Positions 1 through 12,690 of a stretch of DNA of 64,000 nt are shown piece by piece. Source of the DNA: Eledone cirrhosa (lineage: Eukaryota); NCBI GenBank assembly GCA_964016885.1, contig OZ024764.1, positions 20,150,001 to 20,214,000 on the forward strand. The letters are read 5' to 3'. Within the stretch, counting starts at the first letter, position 1. Every line of letters starts with the position of its first letter. Made by a program: the position numbers and the translations under genes. The notes beneath the pieces are model-generated. The model made no database searches, was not told the DNA's origin, and saw only the letters and a list, made by a program, of their open reading frames with translations.

Positions 1-90
1 GTTATGAGTTCAAATCCCACCAAAGTTAACTTTGTCTTTCATTCTAAAGGAGTGGATAAATTAAAGTTCCAGTAATCTACTGGGGTCTGA
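1..90 (+). mobile_element. tRNA-type SINE fragment
   Basis: B-box-like GAGTTCAAATCC followed by a SINE-like body. Paralog at ~22105-22190, which has an inverted related fragment at ~22049-22097. Confidence 0.55.
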
Positions 91-145
91 GATATTAAGG
101 TTTGAGTAGATTCTATCTTTTTGTGTGTTTGTATTTATAATCTTA

Positions 146-344
146 CTAGAAACCCTGTGACCTGTTGGGTCACGTTCCCTTTAAAAATAATATTTAAATA
201 ATTAAAATGTACACAGACATGTATATATTGTAAAATGAAATTAGTAGGCCCATGTATATATATATATATATATGCGTGTGTGTGTATATATATATATGCG
301 TGTGTGTGTATATATATATATGCGTGTGTGTGTATATATATATA

Positions 345-376
<32 letters not shown>

Positions 377-392
377 CACACACGTCACTTGT
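146..392 (-). mobile_element. Non-autonomous Helitron 3' part with (TA)n/(TG)n core
   Basis: Minus strand reads hairpin cgtgacc-caaca-ggtcacag, then CTAG (146-149) and T. The microsatellite spans ~254-385. Confidence 0.6.
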
Positions 393-429
393 TATAATTT
401 TATAACTTTGTTCAACAGCACCACCAGCT

Positions 430-660
430 ATCATTAGACACCATGGGGCAGATTTATAACACCTGTGGGAGAAGCGTGTTGTTTCATGCCAGCGAGACCT
501 GGGCCATGTTATCTGACTGTCTGAATTGACTCTGAAGAAATGACAGAGCTATGATCCACTGGATATGTAGTGTGACCATTGAGGATGATGTCAGCTCAAC
601 TGAGCTCCTAAAATAACTGCTGATCGACAACCTCAAGGATGTGTTTCACAGGAGACACAT
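430..660 (+). mobile_element. RTE-type LINE RT C-terminal fragment (degenerate)
   Basis: Encodes YNTCGRSVLFHASETWA; a longer paralog lies at 23330-23705. Confidence 0.6.
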
Positions 661-664
661 GCAC

Positions 665-3290
665 TGGTATGGCCATGTTGTGCATTCTCTCTCAACTCAT
701 CTATGCTTGGTCGTTGATGCACATTGACATTGCACATCCAACGGAGCATACTTGCTTCATTTCTCTCCAGCCATCGCATATCCTCCACAGTTGCTGTCCA
801 TGTCTCACTACCGTGCAGCATCACACATCTCACGCAGGCATCACCAGCCATTTGTTCTTAGGGAGAAACCCTTCTTTGTCAACAGAGCAAGCAGCTCCCT
901 AAACGTCTTCCAACCCGTCCTTATTCTAGATACTATGGCCTCTGAGCACCCTCCTCCCATGCTAATTTGATCACCTAGATACCGGAAGCTATCAACCACT
1001 TGTATAGAACCTATCTGCATTTAAAAAATGTGTCTATCAATGCGACTTCTACTGTCAAATTTCCCTGTACCTCTACTGCATATGTAGTTTTCCCTACCTG
1101 TTAGTTTGCCTGCTATCCCACTACATTTCTTGTGTACCCAAAATCTGCATTGTGTACATTATAGAATTTATGCCAGTTCCTTTTCTACATATTGAACAAG
1201 GCCATTTCCCTGATGGAATGACAGTTTTGTCCTCTTTTCTACTCAACACTTGTCTTAGTTAGGTTCACTCTCAGTCCTCTTGCTTCCAACTGCTGTTTCC
1301 ATAGCCAGAATTTATGCTCTAGCTCCGCTACTGATTCTGCTATAAGAACCACATCGTCAGCCTAGAGAAGTTCCCATGGGCAGCCAGTCTTAAACTCCTC
1401 TTTTATGGCTTGGAGGCCTATAATGAACAAGGGCGGGCTGAGGACCGACCCTGATGTACTCCTACTTGTATCTGGAATTCCTTATTAAACTCCATTCCTA
1501 CCCTCACTTTACTGACACCACCTCTGTACATAGCTTGCATTGTCCTCACAAACTATTCCTCTACACCTAGTTTCCTTAGGGACCACCAGATGACAGATTG
1601 GGGTACTCTATCAAAGGCCTTTTCTAGGTGAACAAAAGCTAAGTATAGTGGTTTATTCTTCTCTAAGAACCTCTCTAGTAGTTGTCTCACTAAGAAGAGG
1701 GCATCTGTTTGACCCTTTCTCTAAGTTGCGCTAGTATTCTTTCTGTCACTTTCATAACCTGATCCATCAGTTTTATGCCCATATAATTACTCCTCTCCAG
1801 AACATCCCCTTTACTTTTACCTCAATTTATGAGAATACTGCTGCACCAGTCTTTGGGTATGACACCACCATATATAGCTTGATTAATGATGCATGCAACC
1901 AGTTTACTTCCTACATCCCCTGATGCCTTCAGCATCTCAGCAACTATCCCCAACAGTCCAGCAGACCTCCATTTTTCCTTTCCTTAATTAGTCTTGGACC
2001 CTATAGTCGTCAATCTCAATAGCTGGTCCTTCTGTCAGGTCTACTGAAGGTAGACCCGACATTTCCAGGCCTCCCTTTTCTGATCATTCGCGACACTAAG
2101 TACATCGGCATCATCCCGGACACATTTATCTCCAACAACATCCTGATTTGCACTGACACACTGCCTTGCAATGTGGAACACTGCACGCCTCTGATCTTCC
2201 CGTCGCAGAACATTGGCAAACCTCCTACTCTCAGCCTCCCTGCATGCTAAGTAGACCTGACATCTAGCTTCTCTCTTAGTGGCTGTGTATCGGTCTCTAC
2301 CCCTACAATTTTTCCAAACATTCCATGTTAGTCTTTTGTCTCTAATGGCTCTATGTACCGTGCTGTTCCACCACCAGGTCACTCTGTGTCTGGTTGGAGC
2401 TCTGCTCCAGCCACAAGTTTTATGAGTAACCTGCAGTAAGTTGTCACGTAAGAAATTCCAGTTATCATCTATGTCATACAACGCTAAAACGTCTTCTTTT
2501 TCATCATACACATCTTGAAGGGTTTGCCTAAATTTATATTTTAGTGAAAGGTCTTTTAGTTTCTAGACCTTCCTTTTTCACACCTTGTATGTCTCTCTTT
2601 GTCTCTTGCTTACTGAGATATCACTAACGACTAACTTATGTTGGGGGGTTACATTGTTCCCTGGGGTATGCCTTAGCATTTGACACCATCTATCTGTCTT
2701 ACTCCCTAACTAGCAAGAAGTCAATCTGTCTCATGTGCTCACCTGATTGGTAGGTTATTAGGTGGTTGGTAGGTTTCTTGAATTGTTGCAAATGGTTAGT
2801 TCACTTGCATCACAAAATACAAGAAGCCTCACTCCTTCTTCATTTCTTGAGCCATAACCATGACCACCATGTACCCCAGTGTATCCATCCTGGAGCTGTC
2901 CAACATGACCATTGAAGTCCCCTGCTATTATAACTAGATCTCTGTCCTCTGTCATTGTGGTTATCTCTACTTATTCCTTTTCTACATATGGAGCAGGGCC
3001 ACTTTCCTCAAGGGGTCAGGGTCTTCTCTCCTATCCATTAGCACTTTAGTTTTGGCTAAGTATATTCTCAGAACTTACCATTTCAAATTCTATATCTATA
3101 GCTGGTCATCTACATAGAGGAGTTTCCATAGACAGCCAGTCTTAAACCTCTCTGTTATGGCTTGCAGAACTATGATGAACAACAGTGGGCTAAGAACTAA
3201 ACCATGATGAACTCCTACCTGTACCTTCAATTCCTCACTAAACACACTTTACTGACAGCTTCTCACAAGTCATTCTTCTACACCTAATTT
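665..3290 (-). mobile_element. RTE LINE relic (APE endonuclease to RT), frameshifted; last ~340 bp is a second rearranged RT fragment
   Basis: ORF pieces AGDFNGHVG...GYGSRNEEG (endonuclease), TWWWN linker, and MLHGSETW...LERNEASMLRWMC (RT C-terminus). Confidence 0.85.
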
Positions 3291-3296
3291 CTTTAA

Positions 3297-3504
3297 CCCT
3301 TTAGTATATAAACTGGCCATATCTGGACAGAATTCTCCCACATCTTTCTGTTCAAACTGGCCGTAACTGGTCACTTATACTTATGTTAAGGTATTGTTCT
3401 CAAATTAAGTAACATCAAAATCTCATAGATTTGATATTATGTGAGATAAAGCATTTACTGTGAAAATATAATAGTAAATATAGAGTAATGTGAATACTAA
3501 AGGG
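3297..3504. mobile_element. piggyBac-type MITE, 208 bp
   Basis: TTAA|CCCTTTAGTAT...ATACTAAAGGG|TTAA: terminal inverted repeats plus a TTAA target duplication (3293-3296, 3505-3508). Confidence 0.8.
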
Positions 3505-4136
3505 TTAATCTAATGTCACTAATAACTACTTTTATCTGTCAGTGTAATCTACTGTCACTAATAACTACTTTTATCAGTCAGTATAATCTAATGTCACTAA
3601 TAACTACTTTTATCAGTCAGTTTAATCTAATGTCACTAATAACTACTTTTATCAGTCAGTTTAATCTAATGTCACTAATAACTACTTTTATCTGTCAGTA
3701 TAATCTAATGTCACTAATAACTACTTTTATCAGTCAGTATAATCTACTGTCACTAATAACTACTTTTATCTGTCAGTATAATCTAATGTCACTAATAACT
3801 ACTTTTATCAGTCAGTTTAATCTAATGTCACTAATAACTACTTTTATCAGTCAGTTTAATCTAATGTCACTAATAACTACTTTTATCTGTCAGTATAATC
3901 TAATGTCACTAATAACTACTTTTATCAGTCAGTATAATCTAATGCCACCAATAACTACTTTTATCTGTCAGTATAATCTAATGTCACTAATAATTACTTT
4001 TATCAGTCAGTTTAATCTAATGTCACTAATAACTACTTTTATCTGTCAGTATAATCTAATGTCACTAATAACTACTTTTATCAGTCAGTATAATCTAATG
4101 TCACTAATAACTACTTTTATCAGTCAGTATAATCTA
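3505..4136. repeat. 39-bp minisatellite, left part (~16 copies)
   Basis: Unit TAATCTAATGTCACTAATAACTACTTTTATC(A/T)GTCAGT(A/T). Confidence 0.95.
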
Positions 4137-6519
4137 ATAATAATAATAATAATATTATTGTGTACAGTGCTCAGGTGCACTACAACTCATCAAAGGTGCA
4201 TGTATAGTACATAGAATAATGTACAAATGTCAGGAAAATAAACAGTGTATGAGTCATGATATAATAACAATAACAATAATGAAATATTGTGCACAGTGCC
4301 CAGGTGCACCACAACCCATCAAAAAAGTGCATGTACAGTACATAGGGCAATGCACAAACATCAGTAAAATGAACAGTGCACAAGTCATGATACACACATG
4401 TGTGCATGTGTATGGAAGGGGTACATCAGGTGTAGTTTTGGCGTATTTCGGGAAGCATGAGTGTCATAAAGGATGCAGTGTCTCGGCAGCTAACAATTGA
4501 CGCAGGTAGTTTGTTCCATGCTTCAGCAACTCTGAGCGTGAAAAAATGTCTGCGAAAGTCATGGGAGCTGTGCTGTTTTCTTATCTTGTAGGCATGTCCA
4601 CGTGTGTTAGACACATGGAGATCAAAGAGGCGCTCAGGGTTGCAGTTGGCGAGATGGTTAAAAACTTTGTGGGTATTCACCAAGTCCATTGCCAGACGTC
4701 GGAGCTTCAATGAATCCATGCCCAGGGAAGCAAGGCGTTCAGAGTATGGTAGGTGTCTGATGGAGGGTATGCGCTTGGTTGCACGTCTCTGAACAGTTTC
4801 CAGGAGGTCAATGTTCCGAGCAAGATAGGGGTTCCAGACTGATGATGCGAATTCCAAGTGTGGTCGCACCATAGCTGTATACAGTTTTAAATAGATGGCT
4901 GGAGAGCGGCTAACAAAGGTCTTGCTGAGCGATGCCAAGACACCCTCGGCCTTCTTGACAATCTTAGAGACATGCTTTGTCCAACGCAAATCGTTGCTGA
5001 CAGTAATGCCCAGGTCACGTTCACAAGAGGACTTTTTGATGTCAGTGTTGTGGAGGGAGTATGTGGACGCTGGATTTTTCCTTCCAAAATGCATGGTGGT
5101 ACACTTGTCCACAGCCAGCTTCAGTTGCCAGTCTGTGATCCATTGCTGCATTGTGTCCAGGTCTGATTGTAGGAAAGAGTTGTAAATTTCAGGATCAGTC
5201 CTTTTGATTTCAAGGTACAGCTTGATGTCATCTGCATATTTTAGTACCGTGGCATTCTGTAAGTTGGCATCTATGTCATTAATATATGCCACAAACAAAA
5301 GAGGACCAAGAACAGATCCCTGTGGTACACCAGATGACATCTCATATGGTGAAGAATGCTGTCCTAGAACCGTGACTACTTCCTTTCGGCTGAGAATGAA
5401 GGATTTCAGCCAGTCGAAAAGATCATCCCTCTCACCCATTGCAGAGAGTTTTGCCATAAGTCTTTTGTGTGGCACAGAATTAAAAGCCTTAGCAAAGTCA
5501 AGGTAAACAACATCCACCCATGAGCCGCTGTCAGTGATCCGGGTGATGTCCTCAAGGAACTCGATAAGCTGATCACAGCAGCTGGAGTTAGGGATAAATC
5601 CAAACTGTGAGGGCCGGATGAGGCTGTGAGAGCTCCAGAAGTTCCAAAGTTTCTCTGACACAGGATTCCATCAGTTTGGCCATACAGCTAGTAAGACTGA
5701 CTGGACGATAGTTGACAGGTGACATGCGGTTGCCCTTTTTGAACAGGGGAATGACACTGGCAGTTTTCCACTGCTCCGGAGTAGCACCATTGCTGAGACA
5801 GTATTGAAAGAAAAAAGAAAGCTGGCGCAAAAGGAAATCCCCGCCACGTTTGAGAAGCAGGTATGTCACACCATCAAGACCAGGGGAGGCATAGTTGCGC
5901 TTATTCTTAAGGTGACGTCGCAACATTGCAGGTGTAAATTCCATAGTTGTTATGGAATTTGATGTTAGAGATGGTGGAGATGGTACATTCTGGTTTTCAA
6001 CAGTAAAAATACTTGCATAGCACTCAGCAATGAGTTCTGCGCATTCCTTGGGATCGTCAGTGATCTGGCTTGTGTGGGGATTGCGAAGAGGACCAACTGG
6101 AGAGTGAGGTCTCTGCTTTGAATGAACATATTTCCAGAACACCTTACTGTCAGGATTGGTTGCGATGCACTGTTCAAATTCAAGCACTGCCTTCTTTGTC
6201 ACTTGCTTGAGATGGTTAGAAGATTTATTCCGCTTTTTTCTGTTGACATCTGATCTATGCAGTTTATATTCCCGTTCAGCGTTCCGACGTTCTTTCCTGG
6301 CAAGTCGGACCACTGAAGTTTCCCAGATTGCACTTTTGGGGTGGTTATTTTTCCGCTTCCGTGGCACTGATGCTGCACACACTATCCATATTGAGTCCAG
6401 GATGCTCTGGAGTATAGAGTTCACATCTCCAGAGTTATACATCTCATGCCAGTTTGGGCGCTGTAGCTCAGTGCAGTACAAGTTCCAATCCGCCCTCTTC
6501 CAATCAAAGCAAGCAGATT
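4137..6519 (-). mobile_element. 5'-truncated CR1-clade LINE inserted in the 39-bp array
   Basis: ORFs 5588-6481 and 4426-5661 are joined by one frameshift. Motifs NYRPVSLTS, YLDFAKAF, GVPQGSVLGP, YADD, TRGH and FF..RV..AWN.LP are present, with an (ATT)n tail at ~4137-4158. Absent from units B and C. Confidence 0.9.
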
Positions 6520-7236
6520 TGTCACTAATAACTACTTTTATCAGTCAGTATAATCTAAAGTCACTAATAACTACTTTTATCAGTCAGTATAATCTAAAGT
6601 CACTAATAACTACTTTTGTCAGTCAGTTTAATCTAAAGTCACTAATAACTACTTTTATCAGTCAGTATAATCTAAAGTCACTAATAACTACTTTTGTCAG
6701 TCAGTTTAATCTAATGTCACTAATAACTACTTTTATCAGTCAGTATAATCTAATGTCACTAATAACTACTTTTATCAGTCAGTATAATCTAAAGTCACTA
6801 ATAACTACTTTTATCAGTCAGTATAATCTAATGTCACTAATAACTACTTTTATCAGTCAGTATAATCTAAAGTCACTAATAACTACTTTTATCAGTCAGT
6901 ATAATCTAATGTCACTAATAACTACTTTTATCAGTCAGTTTAATCTAATGTCACTAATAACTACTTTTATCAGTCAGTTTAATCTAATGTCACTAATAAC
7001 TACTTTTATCAGTCAGTTTAATCTAATGTCACTAATAACTACTTTTATCAGTCAGTTTAATCTAATGTCACTAATAACTACTTTTATCTGTCAGTATAAT
7101 CTAATGTCACTAATAACTACTTTTATCAGTCAGTTTAATCTAATGTCACTAATAACTACTTTTATCAGTCAGTTTAATCTAATGTCACTAATAACTACTT
7201 TTATCAGTCAGTTTAATCTAATGTCACTAATAACTA
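6520..7236. repeat. 39-bp minisatellite, right part (~18 copies)
   Basis: Same unit as 3505-4136, resuming in register after the LINE. Confidence 0.95.
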
Positions 7237-7366
7237 ACCTATGTTAGTCAGCACATTCTTCACCAAGGAAGGCCTTAGTATTTATTACAGTCCATTTATC
7301 AATATAGAAATATTATATGAATTTTGTACTGATGTATTATAAGTTTCTGAGTATCTTATAATGTTC

Positions 7367-7380
7367 TTTTATTATTTCAG
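7367..7380 (+). promoter_or_regulatory. Candidate splice acceptor of the ZNF exon (paralogs end at 26997 and 52382)
   Basis: Pyrimidine-rich ttttattatttcAG, conserved in all three units upstream of the ZNF ORF. Confidence 0.5.
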
Positions 7381-8195
7381 AATACCAGAGGACATTGGCA
7401 TTAAAGAGCACGTTACATCAGACATATCCTCAACATTAACCATTTCTAATGAAAGACACTACCCATCATTTTCAAATAATTTTGAAAACACTCAACACTT
7501 TGAAGGGATTTAATAATATAACTAAATTTCTCAGTATTAAGCTGCTATTTGGAACATAACTTTGCACAATTTCATGAAGTTACAATGGAAAGTTTTTAGA
7601 TAAATATAAAGACTGGTATGAAAAGGATAAAACACTTTTATATCAGTTGTTTCATCAACACTATTATTTAAAGATTAAAGGAAGCTGTTATACAGAACAG
7701 ATACAACCTTGTTTATATGAATCTATGGGAGAAATACTGTGAAATATTTCTTGTAAACTCAATAACACTTCTATTCTTTGCTGTCTGGAATATGTAGAAG
7801 ATACAAAATAAAGCTGAAGAAATTTACACATGATTTTGTAAGATCTTCATATATTGACAAAGATGATAGTAGATGGAACTACAGGAGTAGAAATATTTCC
7901 ATTATTACAGGAATAACTAATCAAATGAAAACTAGAAAAATTAGATTCTTCACTGTCTGGAATATGTTCAAGATGATTTTATATGTATATTAAACTTGAA
8001 GACATCAACAAAACAGTTTGTATCATCTTTAAATATAAAGAAAGACCAAGTTGATGGAAATATATCTGGAGGAATATGTTTTAGGAATAATATTATAAAC
8101 ATAAAGAAGAAAAATATCCATATATTGCGAGGAGAAAAATATTAAAACTGAATTATGTGAGAAACTGAGGTGATTGATATCTTTTAGTAGGAGTT

Positions 8196-9314
8196 ATGTC
8201 GAAAAATATAGTAAAATCACCATTCCACTGTGATATCTGTGGTAAATCATTCTCTAAAAGTACTAAATTAACTAGACACAAACTAAATCATACAGAAGAG
8301 AAGCCAAATCACTGTGATATCTGTGGCAAATCATTCTCTCATAGTAATCACCTAACTACTCACAAACGTATTCATACAGGAGAGAAGCCTTATAAGTGTG
8401 ATATCTGTAACAAATCATTCAGTCACAGTAGTAGCGTCAGAGTTCACAAACAAATTCATACAGGAGAGAAGACACATCACTGTGACATCTGTAGTAAATC
8501 ATTCTCTTGCAGATATAGCTTAACTAATCACAAACATATTCATACAGGAGAGAAACCATATCACTGTGACATCTGTGGTAATTCATTCTCTCAGAGTAAT
8601 AACCTAACTACTCACAAACATATTCATACAGGAGAGAAACCATATCACTGTGACATCTGTGGTAAATCATTCTCTCAGAGTCATCACCTAACTACTCACA
8701 AACGTATTCATACAGGAGAGAAACCATATCATTGTGACATCTGTGGTAAATCATTCTCTCATAGTCATAACCTAACTACTCACAAACGTATTCATACAGG
8801 AGAGAAGCCTTATAAGTGTGATATCTGTAACAAATCATTCAGTCAGAGTAGTAGCGTCAGAGTTCACAAACAAATTCATACAGGAGAGAAACCACATCAC
8901 TGTGACATCTGCGGTAAATCATTCTCTGACAGAAGTAGCTTTGTTAAACACCATCGTATTCATACAGGAGAGAAACCATATCACTGTGACATCTGTAGTA
9001 AATCATTCTCTGACAGAAGTAGCTTTGTTAAACACCATCGTATTCATACAGGAGAGAAGCTATATCATTGTGACATCTGTGGTAAATCATTCGCTGACAG
9101 AACTAGCTTAGCTACCCACAAACGTACTCATACAGGAGAGAAGCCATATCACTGTGACATCTGTGGTAAATCATTCTCTCATAGTAATACCTTAGCTACC
9201 CACAAACGTACTCATACAGGAGAGAAGCCATATCCCTGTGACATCTGTGGTAAATCATTCAGTGACCGTAGTAACTTAACTACCCACAAACGTACTCATA
9301 CAGGAGTACTCTGA
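8196..9314 (+). CDS. Tandem C2H2 zinc-finger protein, 13 fingers, no effector domain (ZNF-A)
   Basis: 372 aa with 13 CxxC-x12-HxxxH repeats and TGEKPY linkers. A partly deleted 14th finger follows at 9307-9360. Confidence 0.9.
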   Translation: MSKNIVKSPFHCDICGKSFSKSTKLTRHKLNHTEEKPNHCDICGKSFSHSNHLTTHKRIHTGEKPYKCDICNKSFSHSSSVRVHKQIHTGEKTHHCDICSKSFSCRYSLTNHKHIHTGEKPYHCDICGNSFSQSNNLTTHKHIHTGEKPYHCDICGKSFSQSHHLTTHKRIHTGEKPYHCDICGKSFSHSHNLTTHKRIHTGEKPYKCDICNKSFSQSSSVRVHKQIHTGEKPHHCDICGKSFSDRSSFVKHHRIHTGEKPYHCDICSKSFSDRSSFVKHHRIHTGEKLYHCDICGKSFADRTSLATHKRTHTGEKPYHCDICGKSFSHSNTLATHKRTHTGEKPYPCDICGKSFSDRSNLTTHKRTHTGVL

Positions 9315-9631
9315 CAGTAGTACCTTAACCAAGCATGTGTGTATTCATACAGAAGTTTAGCTGTATCAATATCAAACTCATTACATCATACTACAACAAC
9401 AACAACAACAATTGTGTAGATCCATCATCCTTGCTAAAACTGGGGATAACCTTGTAGGTTTTACCTATGACAGAGATCATAAACACCAGGTTTCCATTTT
9501 TGAAGCAGTGTTTGAAGATTTTGTGTAAATTAAAGTTTTTCACATTAAACTTTGATTTATTATACTTTAACAGGTAAGATATATATTTGTATTTTTAGTA
9601 AAGTTGGGAACTTCTGTAATTTAAACCTGCC

Positions 9632-9637
9632 AATAAA
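9632..9637 (+). terminator. Candidate polyadenylation signal of ZNF-A
   Basis: AATAAA followed by a GT-rich tract (ttttgttgttg), conserved at ~28835 and ~54162. Confidence 0.4.
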
Positions 9638-9937
9638 ATGAAAACTTTTGTTGTTGCTAGTCTGACATTGATTTTAATTCTATTGTCCTGTACATTGTCT
9701 CAAATATCACAGATTAAACAGATTTTAACAATTTTAACAGGTCTTTTAGATTTCAACTTCCATCTACTGTACTATTCCATCACCAAGGCAACATTCATCT
9801 GGCTGGCAGCTTACATCAACTACAGATCTCATCAGTGGTTCACAACAGGCTGTCTGAAAGAAACTTCCAGATATCTTCTATGTCATAGCTATCAATCTCC
9901 TCCTCCTTATCATATGTATCATGTAGAACATCTCTGA

Positions 9938-10592
9938 ATTTATATTTAACAGGGAGATGTTTTACTGTCCCTACCCTTTTCTCTAGGTTGTCTTGTACCT
10001 CTCTCACAGTCCCTCTAGATCTTATATTTAACAGGGAGATCTTTTACTATCTCTACCCTTTTCTCTAGGTTGTCTTGTACCAGTCTCACAGTCCCTCTAG
10101 ATCTTATATTTAACAGGGATATCTTTTACTGTCCCTACCCTTTTCTCTAGGTTGTCTTGAGCCTCTCACAGTCCCTCTAGATCTTATATTTAACAGGGAG
10201 ATATTTTACTATCCCTACCCTTTTCTCTAGGTGGTGTTGTACCTCTCTCACAGTCCCTCTAGATCTTATAGTTAACAGGGAGATCTTTTACTGTCCCTAC
10301 CCTTTTCTCTAGGTTGTCTTGTACCTCTCTCACAGTCCCTCTAGATCTTATATTTAACAGGGAGATCTTTTAATATCCCTACCCTTTTCTCTAAGTTGTC
10401 TTGTACCTCCCTCACAGTCCCTCTAGATCTTATATTTAACAGGGAGATGTTTTACTGTCCCTACCTCTTTCTCTAGGTTGTCTTGTACCTCTCTCACAGT
10501 TCCTGTAGATCTTATATTTAACAGGGAGATCTTTTACTCTCCAACCCTTCTATCTCCAGATAGTCTTGTATCTGTCAGTCCCTCTAGATCTT
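9938..10592. repeat. 82-bp minisatellite (~8 copies)
   Basis: Unit agatcttatatttaacagggagatcttttactgtccctacccttttctctaggttgtcttgtacctctctcacagtccctct. About 1.5 copies in unit B (29105-29240) and deleted in unit C. Confidence 0.9.
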
Positions 10593-10869
10593 ACACCTAG
10601 TATCTAGTCTATGTTGAGTGGTACATCCTTCTCCAGTAAAGGAGTTAATATTCCCAACCATCTGTCTATCCTGTTTTCTGATGAGAATGAAGTCAATCTA
10701 GTTTATCTCTTCACCTGATTGAAGTAACTAGATCAAGTAACTAGATGTTTTCCTGTAAGTTAGTGTTGCAGTGTTTGGGTCACCATGTAAGGTTTATATC
10801 TATTAATATAGAGATGTAGTAAAGTTTTCACTGTTGTATCTCAATTTTCTAAATATCTTAATAATGTTT

Positions 10870-11270
10870 CTCTACTATTTCAGAATATCACATGACCTTG
10901 ACAGAAAAGAGTCTGTTAAAGACAACAGAAAGATGTTACATTCAAGTGATATAAACTTGTTTAGTCTGTGGTGAATTATGGTGAAATATTTCTTCTGAAT
11001 TGAGATAAATAACAACATTTTCCTTTTACACTGGAATATTTACAAGATGATTTTACGTTCTGATTAAACTTTGGATATTTACAAAGGAGTTTTCAAAGTA
11101 TTTGGATATTGACAAAGATCACATTTGATAAAATTATGAACAATAGAAATATTTACATCAACATAGGAATATTTTCCAGAAGAGATGGGAAAATCATTAT
11201 ACCACTTTAATATTTGTGGTAACGTATTCTCTCTTCTTTATATGTAGAACATCTAACTAAACACTTTAAT
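10870..11270 (+). pseudogene. Relic of a second ZNF gene (acceptor, leader and half finger)
   Basis: Acceptor ctatttcAG|aatatcac resembles 7380. The leader shares motifs with 7780-8190. An ATG at ~11185 gives MGKSLYHFNICGNVFS. Confidence 0.6.
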
Positions 11271-11375
11271 TAACAAACTATTGTGCTATAGAATTGACAA
11301 ACTTGAGGAATGTTTAATAAATGTTACAGATTTCTCCAAACTGTCGTTTACTAACTTTAATTTGAAGCTATATTA

Positions 11376-11566
11376 TCTATATACTACTAAAACTCTGTGA
11401 TTGTGTCTTGTCTGTAATTTAATACAGCTAAAACAGTGCATAATGGGGAAATACTTTGAAAAGAATAAAACAAGTTTTGTATAAATTGGAGCACAGGTTC
11501 CCAAGATACGGGGTTTTCTGGGTACCTTCATAAATATAAGGAGAGAAAGAGATAGTGGTTGTGAGA
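11376..11566 (+). mobile_element. Non-autonomous Helitron 5' part (3' end deleted)
   Basis: A|TCTATATACTACTAAAAC start, matching the complete copy at 54623-54991. Confidence 0.6.
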
Positions 11567-11651
11567 GAAGATATTTCAGTAAGAAGGTTCACATCCTGAC
11601 ATCTATAGCTGTTAACAATGAGGTTGGAATTCATTATTAAACAAATGTTAT

Positions 11652-12600
11652 ATCATCATCACTGTTTTACATCAGTTTTTCCACGCTGGCATGGGTTAGA
11701 CGAGTTATCCTGTTGTAAGCAATGCCAGGTCAGGTGACCACGTGTTGCTCCTACAAAACCAATTTTGGTTTGGTTTCTACAGCTGGATGCCCTTCCTAGC
11801 ACCAACCTTATTTACATTGAGTACTGGGTGCTTTTTACTATGTCAGCAACTCGACCACTTCACAGTGTGGGCTGGGTACTTTTTTACTTTTTGTCATGAC
11901 ACCTACATGACCACTTTACAGTGAGTACTGGGTACTTTTTATCGTGACACCTACATGACCACTTTACAGTGAGTACTGGGTACTTTTTGTTGTGACACCT
12001 ACACGACCACTTTACAGTGAGTATTGGGTACTTTTTATCGTGACACCTACATGACCACTTTACAGTGTGGACAGGGTACTTTTTGCCATGATACCTACAT
12101 GACCACTTTACAGTGAGTACTGGGTACTTTTTGTTGTGACACCTACATGAACACTTTACAGTGTCAGTGGGTACTTTTTGTTGTGACACCTACATGACCA
12201 CTTTGCAATGTGGAATGGGTACTTTTTGTTGTCACACCTACATGACCACTTTACAGTGTGGACTCGGTATTTTTGTTGTGACACCGACATGACCACTTTA
12301 CAATTTGGACTGGCTACTTTTTGTCATGACACCTACATGACCACTTTACAATGTGGAATGGGTACTTTTTGTTGTCACACCTACATGACCACTTGACAGT
12401 GTGGACTGGGTACTTTTTGTCATGACACCTACATGACCACTTTACAGTGTGGACTGGGTACTTTTTGCCATGACACCAATGTGACCACTTTACAGTGTGG
12501 ACTGGGTACTTTTTGTTGTGACACCTACATGACCACTTTACAGTGTGGACTGGCTACTTTTTGTCATGACACCTACACAACCTCTTTACAGTGTTGGCAG
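11652..12600 (-). repeat. RTE 3'UTR/SINE-like tail with a 48-bp minisatellite (~15 copies)
   Basis: (TCA)n tail and ctacagctggatgcccttcct motif shared with RTE 3'UTRs (31880-32018, 32350-32600), then repeats of cacctacatgaccactttacagtgtggactgggtactttttgttgtga. Confidence 0.85.
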
Positions 12601-12690
12601 TGAAATCTAATGCACCAGCTTCAGTAATCAGAAGATACATAATATACATATATACACACACACACACAAACACAAATATATATATATATT

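Noticed and set aside
135-437. YIYI/HTHT/VCVC ORFs (also 22716-23099)
   Set aside because: Translations of (TA)n/(TG)n microsatellites.
3505-7236. CRISPR-like appearance of the 39-, 48- and 62-bp arrays
   Set aside because: Head-to-tail repeats with no unique spacers, no cas genes, and a eukaryotic context.
7778-7993. Short ORFs in the ZNF leader (7778-7993, 26858-27130, 52243-52515, 52780-52995)
   Set aside because: Mostly non-ATG starts or spanning the predicted acceptor, and disrupted or deleted in at least one paralog. Their similarity reflects recent duplication only.
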